Both the position numbers and the translations under genes were made by a program. Shown in pieces: positions 1-8,941 of a DNA stretch of 64,000 bases. Each line of letters starts with the position of its first letter. The stretch's first letter is position 1. The notes below the pieces were generated by a model. It ran no database searches. It was given only the letters and a program-made list of their open reading frames with translations, and had not been told where the DNA came from. Source of the DNA: an uncultured Saprospiraceae bacterium (GTDB taxonomy: Bacteria > Bacteroidota > Bacteroidia > Chitinophagales > Saprospiraceae); NCBI GenBank assembly GCA_937923345.1, contig CAKZVJ010000164.1, positions 4,052 through 68,051 of the forward strand, given 5' to 3'.

Positions 1-193
1 TACACACATACTACAACAGATATTTTGGGTTCCTTCATTTAGTTGAGAGGTTCGGCAATTTTTGTAAATCATGTATTTCAGCCAAGTTATCATTTGATCA
101 ACTGAAAGTTGTAAAATTATTCATTCGGATCTAATATGCTGTATTTCAGAGCGATAAACTTATTGTCGGGCTATTACTTATTATTGAGCAGCA

Positions 194-1786
194 TTATTGC
201 TCACAATCCAGCACAAGATAATCATTGGTGGGATTTCTACTTTTTATCTGGTCAATCTTTTTGCAAGATTCTCTGGGAATTGGTGAAATGAAAAGTCCAG
301 CTTTGAATTCATCTGTTGCTTTAACAATCATTTTTGTTTCACGTGTCAGATAGTAAGAATTGCCTCTGAATAAGCCTTCAGGAGGGCAAAAGAGGGGCTG
401 GCCAGCATACTTTTGAGCAGCTTCAATTGTAGACTTTCTGACTTCGTTGGCGTAGTCGTTGGCATTTCTGTGAGGTAAAACAAAGAAGTCGAATCCAATC
501 CTAAATACAATCATCATCAGAAAGATGTAGAGTAATCTGAAAGTAGGGGCAGCATAAAGGAGATATATGGCGCCACCGCCAAGGACAAGCAATGTGGTTG
601 CCTTGATGTATCCGTAAGATACAAAGGCTATGCTCTCTACGAAATATAAACTAATGATGCCGGTACCAATCAATCCCACGAGCCCCAATAATATCCACTT
701 TATGATTTTATATTGTATGGTATTTCCGATTTGATTATGTCTATGCAAATAATACAAGGGAGCAAAAATTAAAGGAGGAAACATCAGCAGGTATCTCCCA
801 TAGACTTGTGGTGAAGTCCAGTATAAAACAATGTTTACAAGGAGTAAGAGGATATTCATGCGCAAAAACGGATTGTCCCAGATTAATCTAAAGGCTGACT
901 TGCTTGTCAAATAAATTACCAAGATTGTCCATGGTAAAAAATGAAAGATAAGCTCAAAAGGGAAGGTGAAAAGATGGGCTATCGTTTTCCATATTCCAAA
1001 TTTTACAACAGTTCTGTCTGATGACTCTGTTAGCATCTTGGTGAATAATGCTACTATATCATGGTCTACACTGTATGCAACATAGTAGGACCCCACTATA
1101 AGCAAGAATACACCTATGCCTATAAAATGACCTAGTCTAAAAAACTGCTTAAATTGTTTTTCGTAAATACAAATCAGCAATAAACTCAAGGCCAGAAATA
1201 CTATAGCAGGAAGTGTTTTGAGCATAAAGCCAACAGCGGCTAAGGTATAAGCAAATACAAACATTTTTGTCCATTGCTCCTTGCGCGCCAAAAGGTAGGT
1301 GCCTATCATCAAACTAAACATGCACATCGAAAAACACATATCTATAAGCCCTAAAAAGGAGTCATAAAAAAATATTCTACCACAGGTCAAAGTGAGCAAG
1401 GCAATACTAGCAGCTCCTAGTTTGCCCATGTCTTCTCGATATAAGTGATATACTAATACACCATACATAAGAGTAAAAATGACCGTTGGTAAGCGAAGAC
1501 TGAATTCATTCGCTTGGCCGCATAAGGTGTAACTAAGCAGGATTATCCAATTATACAGTGGTGGCTTATTGTAATAAGGGGTTCCATTAATGGTCGGCGC
1601 AATGTAGTCTCCTCCGTACCACATTTCCAGGGCAACCAAGGCCCGAATGGCTTCATCCTCCAATACGGCTAGCAAGCCAAGGTTGACGAGTAGAGCAGGG
1701 ATAAGCAGTAAAATGCATAAGCCAATAGCTAGTTTTTCATGCTTGTTCAGCTTGTCATTTCCTATTATTTTATTAGTGCTAGGCAT
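194..1786 (-). CDS. GT-C fold glycosyltransferase, family 39 / ArnT-PMT-like integral membrane protein
   Basis: 530-aa ORF with ATG start. Many hydrophobic helices. N-terminal loop has an acidic pair (LEDEAIRA) and YNKPPLYNW, typical of lipid-linked sugar transferases. Confidence 0.65.
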   Translation of the reverse strand: MPSTNKIIGNDKLNKHEKLAIGLCILLLIPALLVNLGLLAVLEDEAIRALVALEMWYGGDYIAPTINGTPYYNKPPLYNWIILLSYTLCGQANEFSLRLPTVIFTLMYGVLVYHLYREDMGKLGAASIALLTLTCGRIFFYDSFLGLIDMCFSMCMFSLMIGTYLLARKEQWTKMFVFAYTLAAVGFMLKTLPAIVFLALSLLLICIYEKQFKQFFRLGHFIGIGVFLLIVGSYYVAYSVDHDIVALFTKMLTESSDRTVVKFGIWKTIAHLFTFPFELIFHFLPWTILVIYLTSKSAFRLIWDNPFLRMNILLLLVNIVLYWTSPQVYGRYLLMFPPLIFAPLYYLHRHNQIGNTIQYKIIKWILLGLVGLIGTGIISLYFVESIAFVSYGYIKATTLLVLGGGAIYLLYAAPTFRLLYIFLMMIVFRIGFDFFVLPHRNANDYANEVRKSTIEAAQKYAGQPLFCPPEGLFRGNSYYLTRETKMIVKATDEFKAGLFISPIPRESCKKIDQIKSRNPTNDYLVLDCEQ

Positions 1787-1900
1787 CGGCAGCGAAGATA
1801 GGAATTCATGCTTTGAAGTATAATAGATGCTCTATAATATTAATGGGATTGTAGTATTTTAAAAAATAATACCGCTGTCTGCTCTTTTATTTTGTTTATT

Positions 1901-2048
1901 GCGATCCTGCTTTTTGCAGGGAGCCTAGATTGGATGAGGGGTGGTAGCGGCATCCGTATGATATACAGACGCATTGATATGTGTCTATATCATACGGATA
2001 CAGCGGACGACCCGACCCTGAGCGAAGCGAATGGGTCAGCCCCACACC
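1901..2048 (+). repeat. GC-rich multi-hairpin interspersed element, type A, copy E1
   Basis: ATGAGGGGT box (1934-1942). GGTGGTAGCGGCA (1940-1952) and TACAGCGGACGAC (1999-2011) bracket an imperfect 17-19 bp hairpin. GACCC/GGGTC stem (2014-2018 / 2033-2037) encloses GCGAAGC. Ends in GCCCC. Confidence 0.8.
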
Positions 2049-2060
2049 AGTCTTAGGAAT

Positions 2061-2774
2061 TTATTTCAAACGCATCTCTGCTTTAATAATATTTTCGTTG
2101 GGTTTGTCGAAGTCAATTTTACCATCTACTAATCGGACGATACGATGTGCATGTTCGGCAATGTCGGGCTCGTGAGTCACGATGATTATAGTGTTTCCTT
2201 CGTTGTGTAATTGCTCCATAATCCCCATGATCTCGACGGAAGTTTTGGTATCCAGATTACCGGTGGGTTCATCGGCCAAGATAATAGAAGGCCTGTTGAC
2301 CAAAGCGCGAGCAATGGCTACACGCTGTCTTTGACCACCTGAAAGTTCATTAGGTTTGTGGTGAATACGGTCCCCTAAGCCAACGGATGTTAGCGCTTCT
2401 TCTGCTCGGTCAAGTCGCTCTGATTTGCTGTAACCAGCATAGATCAACGGCAAGGCCACATTGTCTAAAGAAGTGGACCTCGGTAGTAGGTTGAATGTCT
2501 GAAAAATGAAGCCGATTTCCTTATTTCGAATCTCCGCTAGTTCATTATCATCCAAGGTAGCCACGTTGTTTTCATTCAAAATGTAGTCACCGGAGGTAGG
2601 TGTATCGAGGCAGCCCAATAGGTTCATCAGTGTTGATTTGCCGGAGCCAGATGGGCCCATCAAGGCAACATATTCGTTCTTATGAATATTCAAATCTATA
2701 CCTTGTAACGCGTGAACTTTCTCGCTGCCCATGGTATATGTCTTTCGCAAATTTTCTACTTGTATGAGTGCCAT
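2061..2774 (-). CDS. ABC transporter ATP-binding protein (MacB/LolD/FtsE-type, stand-alone ATPase)
   Basis: Walker [10 protein letters not shown], signature LSGGQRQR, Walker [10 protein letters not shown]-loop VTHE. Lies 3 nt downstream of gatC. No permease gene is adjacent. Confidence 0.95.
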   Translation of the reverse strand: MALIQVENLRKTYTMGSEKVHALQGIDLNIHKNEYVALMGPSGSGKSTLMNLLGCLDTPTSGDYILNENNVATLDDNELAEIRNKEIGFIFQTFNLLPRSTSLDNVALPLIYAGYSKSERLDRAEEALTSVGLGDRIHHKPNELSGGQRQRVAIARALVNRPSIILADEPTGNLDTKTSVEIMGIMEQLHNEGNTIIIVTHEPDIAEHAHRIVRLVDGKIDFDKPNENIIKAEMRLK

Positions 2775-2777
2775 AGA

Positions 2778-3068
2778 TTACAGATCGATTACTTTTGGTA
2801 TGGTGATAAAATCATCATTGTGGTTTGGTGCATTAGACAAGGCATCTTTCTTTTTAAGCTGGCCGTCTATAAGATCTGGACGGGTCGAGTGGACTGGCTC
2901 ATTGATATAGACTAAAGGGGCTACACCTTCTGTGTCTACGCTTTCTAGCTGCTTGACCATATTTAACATGTTTTCCAAATCCTGCTTGAGTTTTTCTCTT
3001 TCTTGTGGTTGAAAATCTAGTTTTGCTAAATTTTCTAATTTCGAAAATAGAGAATCATTGATCTGCAT
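2778..3068 (-). CDS. gatC: Asp-tRNA(Asn)/Glu-tRNA(Gln) amidotransferase subunit C
   Basis: 96 aa. LAKLDF...E..KL..DL..ML..V..L..VDT.GV.P pattern typical of GatC. Confidence 0.85.
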   Translation of the reverse strand: MQINDSLFSKLENLAKLDFQPQEREKLKQDLENMLNMVKQLESVDTEGVAPLVYINEPVHSTRPDLIDGQLKKKDALSNAPNHNDDFITIPKVIDL

Positions 3069-3235
3069 AATTATTATTTAGATAAGCGTGGTAAATTCAT
3101 CGTCCAATGTACAAAATATCTAATTGTGATGGGTCGATTTTCATTTGATTTGGAGCGCTAGGGAGGCATTTTTAACTGGGTATGATTCTTCTAGAAATAA
3201 ATAATAGAAAAGTATAATCTGTTGATATAGAATTG

Positions 3236-3243
3236 TACTTTTG
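3236..3243 (+). promoter_or_regulatory. Bacteroidota-type -7 box (TACTTTTG) upstream of the deoxynucleoside kinase gene
   Basis: Exact TAnnTTTG match. No convincing -33 TTTG at the expected spacing. Confidence 0.35.
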
Positions 3244-3276
3244 TTCAGACACTATAACAATAAATACCCTCCCTCT

Positions 3277-3909
3277 GTGAAGAAAATTAAGTACGTCGGA
3301 ATTGCCGGCAACATCGGTGCAGGTAAGACGACCTTATGCGAAAAGCTCGCCAAGCATTTTGGATGGACAGTCCAATATGAATCTACTGATAATAATCCTT
3401 ACTTAGCTGACTTTTATGAGGACATGAAACGATGGTCGTTCAATCTCCAGATATATTTTCTGAACAATAGATACCGTCAAATTTTGAATATTCTAAATGG
3501 GGAGGAGACCATCGTACAAGACCGAACCATCTATGAGGATGCAAATATCTTCGCGCCCAATCTACATGACATGGGACTGATGAGTGCTAGAGATTTTCAA
3601 AATTATCAAGATTTGTTTGAGCTCATGACTTCAAATGTGCAATCGCCTGATTTGTTGATTTATCTTAAAGCTAGTGTTCCTACGCTAGTTGATCATATTC
3701 ATTCTCGTGGTCGGGATTATGAAGGAAGCATAAGTATAGATTATTTGAAAAAACTGAATGAACGCTATGATAAGTGGATAGATGGGTATACCGATGGTAA
3801 GCTCGTGGTGATCAATTCGGATAATCTTGACTTCAAAAATAATCCTGAAGATCTTGGGCAGATTATCAATACGGTGCAGGGTCAGATGCACGGCTTGTTT
3901 GATTTTTAA
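3277..3909 (+). CDS. deoxynucleoside kinase
   Basis: P-loop GIAGNIGAGKTT close to the N-terminus, DRTIYED motif, dNK-family length. The ORF track starts at TTG 3241, but a TACTTTTG -7 box overlaps that codon, so GTG 3277 (MKKIKYVGIAGN...) seems more likely. Confidence 0.8.
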   Translation: MKKIKYVGIAGNIGAGKTTLCEKLAKHFGWTVQYESTDNNPYLADFYEDMKRWSFNLQIYFLNNRYRQILNILNGEETIVQDRTIYEDANIFAPNLHDMGLMSARDFQNYQDLFELMTSNVQSPDLLIYLKASVPTLVDHIHSRGRDYEGSISIDYLKKLNERYDKWIDGYTDGKLVVINSDNLDFKNNPEDLGQIINTVQGQMHGLFDF

Positions 3910-3957
3910 AAGAGCTTCTCTTATTAAATAATTACCTGCCAGTACTAAGATGTATGC

Positions 3958-5214
3958 TTAGCGAATGGGCGCCAAGTTCTGGTCTAGGTAGTTTACATTG
4001 TTTTCCAACCTAAGCGCGTCAATGTTGTCAAGGGTATTGATATATTGCTGATATATCTCTTCTTCAACTTCTAGTAATTCTATCTTCCGATCTATTATCA
4101 TCAACTCAAGGTTGAGCAATGGGACAGGGGCCAATTGGTCTGAAGCGAGGTACTCTTTTTTAAGGAGCTCGAGATTTTCTTCAACAAAAAGATTTTTGAG
4201 AAAGGAGTGTTTGTCGATGAGTTGCATCAGTTCTGTTCTTTCCGCATTGAGTTCAGATTGTAAGGATTGAATAATATCGTTTTGTTTTATTTGTTCTTCT
4301 AGCTTTTCAATTTCTATTTTTGTCAAGCTGGCTTGATCGACTTGCTTATATGGAATGACGATGCTGACTCCAAAAGAGAGTTCGCGTTGTATTGGTAGTT
4401 CATCGTCAATTTTATATTTGATCTGCGCAAAATCAAAAATATTGTCCACGTCGTTTTGCTCCACAACATACTCTTGATTAAGCAAAGCGATTCTGTCCTT
4501 CTGAATGCCTAGGTCTGGATGGGAGTCAAATGCCATATCAATTTTAGCGATGACATTCTTTATCTGTTCTACACCTATCCAATTTCCATCAGATAAGACA
4601 GCAGAGGTGTCTTTAATGCTGAATTGTGTAAATATGTTTAGCCTATCATTAGTGAGTGCATAAAGATCTGTTTTGATTTCCTTGAGTCGATCATTGACCT
4701 TGAGCACATCATTGAAATTTAGATTTTCATCATCTCTAAATAGGGCCATTTCAAGCTTGTTTTTATCCTCAATGAGCTTTACTTTTTTTGAGTATAAGGG
4801 TTGTTTTTTTTGTACAAAGTACCAATCTACGATGCCCTCATAATATGCAGCAGCTTGATCATCTCTACTCAGCCTTGATTCATTGGCTATTTGATTAAGT
4901 TGCATTTCAAATAACTTATTTTGCTGTTGTCTTAGTTTGTCATTTTTGAAACGCATACGAAAGGTGTACTCTTGCTGAACCAAATCTAATTCATTGAATT
5001 CGGTACGAAATTCCATCTGATCAATCCATTGTTTTTGAGGAAGGTTAGGAGTTTTTATACTAGTTAAAGAAGTTCCCAATGAGTTGACTGCTTTTTGTAA
5101 GATAGATTGACTAGAGTAGTTTTGCTGAGCCATAGCCCCACTACAGATGGATAATCCTAATAAAAAGAAAAAGGATGTTTGTGAAAATAAACGCAAAAGA
5201 AAAGATCTAAACAT
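3958..5214 (-). CDS. TolC-like outer-membrane efflux protein (tentative)
   Basis: 418 aa with a signal peptide ending AMAQQ and long heptad-like helical repeats. Starts 8 nt after the stop of a HlyD-like gene. Family assignment rests on composition and context only. Confidence 0.45.
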   Translation of the reverse strand: MFRSFLLRLFSQTSFFFLLGLSICSGAMAQQNYSSQSILQKAVNSLGTSLTSIKTPNLPQKQWIDQMEFRTEFNELDLVQQEYTFRMRFKNDKLRQQQNKLFEMQLNQIANESRLSRDDQAAAYYEGIVDWYFVQKKQPLYSKKVKLIEDKNKLEMALFRDDENLNFNDVLKVNDRLKEIKTDLYALTNDRLNIFTQFSIKDTSAVLSDGNWIGVEQIKNVIAKIDMAFDSHPDLGIQKDRIALLNQEYVVEQNDVDNIFDFAQIKYKIDDELPIQRELSFGVSIVIPYKQVDQASLTKIEIEKLEEQIKQNDIIQSLQSELNAERTELMQLIDKHSFLKNLFVEENLELLKKEYLASDQLAPVPLLNLELMIIDRKIELLEVEEEIYQQYINTLDNIDALRLENNVNYLDQNLAPIR

Positions 5215-5222
5215 GCACTATG

Positions 5223-6260
5223 CTATTTAAAAAAGGAAGAAAAGAAATTACCTTCGCTGCGATCACTGGAATTTAGGGTAACTTTTTCCTTTTGTAAAAA
5301 TGGATTGTCAGCAGGTATTTTTATTAACACCTCTCGACCATAGGTCTTCTGTTCTGGTATTTTTCGCAGTCGTTCAGGGATCTCAACTATCCTGGTGCCA
5401 AGTCCAATGATTTTACCATTAACCTCATGGTTAGGATGTTGGCTAGAGCTGACCGTGAGCTTGGCATCCGTTTTTACTTCCAAGATGAGCTTTTCATGAA
5501 CAAATCCTTTTACTAAAGTAGGATTCCTTTCATAGAAGGATATAAGGGTGTTAAAAGAGGAGACGTGTTCGCCATCTATGCAGTGTATGTTACCGATCAA
5601 ACCATCTGAGGGTGCAAAAATCTGAAGTTTTTCTTTTTCAATGCCTATTAGTTCCTTTTCTTTATTTAGACGCTGGCGTTGCAAAATTTGTGGTTGACCA
5701 ACTTTTTTCAATTGCGCGTTAAGAATTTGAATTTGTCTGTTGTAGGGAGCTTCTACTTCGATCTTTCGTGCTAATAACTCATTCAGTTCTATTCTGGCTG
5801 ATTTATTAATAGTGCCTTTATCGGGTACGCTTATACTGCTGATTTGATCAAACAGTTTCTCATTTAATTCTATTTTTGATTGAAGACTCCGTATCTCAGT
5901 GTCTAGTTCATTGATTTCTGCTTGTTTTCGGATCTCTAGTTGTGCGATATTATTAGTAAGCTTTGCCTTTTCTATCTCTGTATTTATTTGCTGTTCCTTG
6001 AGATCATATTCGAGGTCATTCAATTTTATGTCATATTTTGCCTGACTGGCCTCGAGTAATAGCTGTCCTTCTTTCACTTCTTCTCCTGGACTTACATGTA
6101 CCTTGGCAATTAGACAATCTACATCCAAGTTGAGCTCGGTTTCTTTATTCTCTGCGAACCCGTAAAAAAAAGCACCTTCTGTTTTAAAATTGCTTCCAGC
6201 CAAATAGAGTAGGTAGGCACAAGGAATGATCAGTATGTATAGAATATTAAAACCCTTCAT
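5223..6260 (-). CDS. HlyD-family periplasmic adaptor (membrane fusion protein)
   Basis: N-terminal TM helix, lipoyl-like hairpin (VHVSPGEEVKEGQLLLE), long coiled coil, then a C-terminal beta domain. Confidence 0.65.
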   Translation of the reverse strand: MKGFNILYILIIPCAYLLYLAGSNFKTEGAFFYGFAENKETELNLDVDCLIAKVHVSPGEEVKEGQLLLEASQAKYDIKLNDLEYDLKEQQINTEIEKAKLTNNIAQLEIRKQAEINELDTEIRSLQSKIELNEKLFDQISSISVPDKGTINKSARIELNELLARKIEVEAPYNRQIQILNAQLKKVGQPQILQRQRLNKEKELIGIEKEKLQIFAPSDGLIGNIHCIDGEHVSSFNTLISFYERNPTLVKGFVHEKLILEVKTDAKLTVSSSQHPNHEVNGKIIGLGTRIVEIPERLRKIPEQKTYGREVLIKIPADNPFLQKEKVTLNSSDRSEGNFFSSFFK

Positions 6261-6263
6261 GTG

Positions 6264-6965
6264 CTATATATTATCAAAAGTTGCGTTTGTAAAACTAAGT
6301 CCAGACACTTGTACATCGTCTCCCAATTGATTTATAGCCTCTTTCATATCGGAAGCATCTTCTAAACTTCTCAATCGTATTTTGTAGGTGTGTTCTTGTA
6401 GATGCAGTTTCTCTACATTATTATTGTATATCTTATAATTGGTAAATACCTTATTGGTGCAGTATTTTTTCAGTACCAGTTCAATTTTCTGCTTATAGTC
6501 TGATCGTAGTGCTGTTTCGACTCGCAATGTACCTACTATATTGTTTTCTTGACTAAATGGTGTCCACCTCAATATAAATGCAATCACACAAAACGTTAAG
6601 GTCCCCACAATTGCTATGGTAAATCCTAGAACACCACAAGCGATACCTGCTGCTAAAGAGGCAAACATAAAGGCAATATTCCTTGGATTGCGAAGGGTAG
6701 TTCTAAATCGTATGATAGACAGCGCTCCTAACATTCCTAGGCCTCTAGCAACACTGTCTCCAATGGCTTGCATAATAGTAGCGGCCACAATTGAGATTAA
6801 GACTAAAGTTTGTAAAAAATGTATAGGTTTGGTAATATCTCTATGCGTTTTATCATATGTAAACGCCAAAATTCCTCCCAAAATAAAGGACAATACGACA
6901 GTAAAGGAAATCGCTAGTAGGGTGGGATTTTCAGAATTATATTGAAGTGATGATAAATCAAACAT
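6264..6965 (-). CDS. DUF4956-like integral membrane protein
   Basis: 233 aa with 4 TM helices. GMLGALSIIRFRTTLRNPRNIAFMF matches my recollection of the DUF4956 signature. Has a soluble C-terminal domain of about 100 aa. Confidence 0.55.
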   Translation of the reverse strand: MFDLSSLQYNSENPTLLAISFTVVLSFILGGILAFTYDKTHRDITKPIHFLQTLVLISIVAATIMQAIGDSVARGLGMLGALSIIRFRTTLRNPRNIAFMFASLAAGIACGVLGFTIAIVGTLTFCVIAFILRWTPFSQENNIVGTLRVETALRSDYKQKIELVLKKYCTNKVFTNYKIYNNNVEKLHLQEHTYKIRLRSLEDASDMKEAINQLGDDVQVSGLSFTNATFDNI

Positions 6966-7090
6966 ACTTTTTCATTGTGCTGCCTTATAAATCGTTAGAA
7001 TTTGCGATGCAATTATAGCTACTAAACCATAGTTTAAGTTAAATATTGGCGTTTTATTAAAAAAAATGTGGCTATTACGGTCATTTGCGT

Positions 7091-7120
7091 TTTGAAGCTA
7101 GATGATATTGCTTATATTTG
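7091..7120 (+). promoter_or_regulatory. Bacteroidota-type promoter (-33 TTTG, -7 TATATTTG) for the 76-aa ORF
   Basis: TTTG at 7091-7094, 18-nt spacer, TATATTTG at 7113-7120, ATG at 7140. Confidence 0.55.
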
Positions 7121-7139
7121 AAAAGCCAAAACCACCACA

Positions 7140-7370
7140 ATGAAAAACAAAGTTAAAGCTATCAGTCTTATAATTAGTCTTAGTTTTAGCATTTTTTGCT
7201 TCTGCTATCTAAACTTTGAGACTCCTGTTCCTATTGATCCATCATCCATGCCGCCTATCTCTGAGTCTGTTGCAGAAGCCGATTCAAAATCCAAGGAAAT
7301 TCTTCTGCCAGATTTACGCTTTGTGGAGCGGGTTAGTGACTTTGCAATAAGGTTGTTTAAAGCATTATAA
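7140..7370 (+). CDS. small hypothetical membrane/secreted protein (76 aa)
   Basis: ATG start 20 nt after a good TTTG/TATATTTG promoter match. Hydrophobic N-terminal segment. No family recognised. Confidence 0.45.
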   Translation: MKNKVKAISLIISLSFSIFCFCYLNFETPVPIDPSSMPPISESVAEADSKSKEILLPDLRFVERVSDFAIRLFKAL

Positions 7371-7561
7371 GGTCATAACTTTTGGGATTGCTTAATAGAA
7401 GATTCGATCTAATATTCGTACCAATATTTAAGTACACTCTTATTCTTACCGTTTATTACTTCAATTGTTTCTATTGGTGTTTTATAGTTGAGAGAGCTTT
7501 CTAATTCTATAATATGCGTTAATGTTGTTCATGCGTTTTCCATATAATTTTAGCCGTGTTA

Positions 7562-7589
7562 TTGAAAATATCAAAGATTACTACTTTTG
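7562..7589 (+). promoter_or_regulatory. Bacteroidota-type promoter for the YD-repeat protein gene
   Basis: TTG at 7562-7564, 17-nt spacer, TACTTTTG at 7582-7589, ATG at 7610. Confidence 0.5.
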
Positions 7590-7609
7590 TGAGATTGAAT
7601 ACCTTATTA

Positions 7610-8428
7610 ATGAAGTATAGCAAGGGAATACTGTTTATATTTTTTCTTTTTACTGCATATCAAGTACTAGGTCAATCGCGTTCGCCTGTCTTTAAGGCAA
7701 TTCATGTCGCAGAGTATAACGCGCAACGAGAACCAAATTTGCCCAGGGAGAAAGCGCTATCGGAATGGATAAGTGAAAAAAAAAGGTACGATGAATCGGG
7801 TAATCTAAAGGAGCAAATCAAGTATCAATCTACAGACATGGTGTATGAAACTAAAAAAATCTCATGGTCGGAGGATAGCTTGATGCAAACTACCATCACC
7901 TTCGATGGAGATAAAAACATCAAAGGAGTTTGGACTGCCAAATGGAACGAGGAAGGAATTTTGTTGGAAGCCACTAACAAGAATGAGAAAGGGGAAGTAA
8001 CAGTAAAGCAGTCTAATGAATATGATACGGTTGGCAATCTAGTCCTTAGAAAAATGGAGAATGTTGGAAGTGATAAGATAGGTACTACCTCATTTGTTTA
8101 TGATGCAGCCGGAAATGTAAAGGAAGAAATCAAATACAATCCTTACAGAGATCGGATCGTGAAAAGGACTTTTCAGTATGACCAAGCTGGAAATGAAATT
8201 GTACAAGAAATATTCAAAGGCTCTGGTAATTATACCAAGTTGGTTTCTGAGAATGACATCCATGGAAATTTAGTGGAACAGTGTTGGTATGACAAAGCAG
8301 GGGAGCTGAAAAGTCAAACTTCATTTTCTTATATCTACGATGAATATAATAACTGGACCACAAAAATAAGATTAACCAATCAAGTGCTTAGCTATATTTG
8401 GGAAAGAGAAATTATATATTGGCCATAA
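7610..8428 (+). CDS. secreted protein with about 7 YD-type repeats
   Basis: Signal peptide MKYSKGILFIFFLFTAYQVLGQ. Repeats include RYDESGNL, EYDTVGNL, VYDAAGNV, QYDQAGNE, DIHGNL, YDKAGEL and YDEYNNW. Start moved to ATG 7610 because a TACTTTTG -7 box lies inside the 5' extension in the ORF track. Confidence 0.6.
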   Translation: MKYSKGILFIFFLFTAYQVLGQSRSPVFKAIHVAEYNAQREPNLPREKALSEWISEKKRYDESGNLKEQIKYQSTDMVYETKKISWSEDSLMQTTITFDGDKNIKGVWTAKWNEEGILLEATNKNEKGEVTVKQSNEYDTVGNLVLRKMENVGSDKIGTTSFVYDAAGNVKEEIKYNPYRDRIVKRTFQYDQAGNEIVQEIFKGSGNYTKLVSENDIHGNLVEQCWYDKAGELKSQTSFSYIYDEYNNWTTKIRLTNQVLSYIWEREIIYWP

Positions 8429-8482
8429 CAGACTCGCAAATAATCCTTGAATTACTCATATTTATATTAAACAAGATACGTA

Positions 8483-8941
8483 ATGAAATTGAAAGCAGAC
8501 ACTGTGGATGAATATTTAGAAGCTATTCCAGACGAGCGCAAGCCTTATTTCAATAAATTGAGAGAGACCATTCTGAAGAACATTCCTAAAGGCTTTGAAG
8601 AATGTCTTTCTTATGGGATGATAGGATATGTGGTACCGCTTTCTGCTTATCCAGATGGCTATCATTGCAATCCCAAATTGCCCTTACCTTTTGTCAATAT
8701 TGCATCTCAGAAGAATTTTATAGCCTTATACCACTCAGGTATTTATGCTGATAAGGAAGTTTATGATTGGTTTGTAGCGGAATATCCAAAGCACTGTGAT
8801 CGAAAACTAGATATGGGTAAAAGTTGTGTTCGTTTCAAAAAAGCTGAAGAAATCCCTTTCAAGCTAATTGCTCAATTGATGAAGAAATTCAAAATGAAGC
8901 AGTGGATTGACTTGTATGAAAAAAATATCAAGAAGAAGTAG
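8483..8941 (+). CDS. DUF1801 (YdhG-like) domain protein
   Basis: 152 aa. N-terminal TVDEYLEAIPDERKPYFNKLRETI pattern typical of DUF1801. Confidence 0.55.
   Translation: MKLKADTVDEYLEAIPDERKPYFNKLRETILKNIPKGFEECLSYGMIGYVVPLSAYPDGYHCNPKLPLPFVNIASQKNFIALYHSGIYADKEVYDWFVAEYPKHCDRKLDMGKSCVRFKKAEEIPFKLIAQLMKKFKMKQWIDLYEKNIKKK

Noticed and set aside
6616-6945. 109-aa plus-strand ORF opposite the DUF4956-like gene
   Set aside because: It is antisense to a membrane-protein gene with a conserved signature, and the translation is not membrane- or domain-like.
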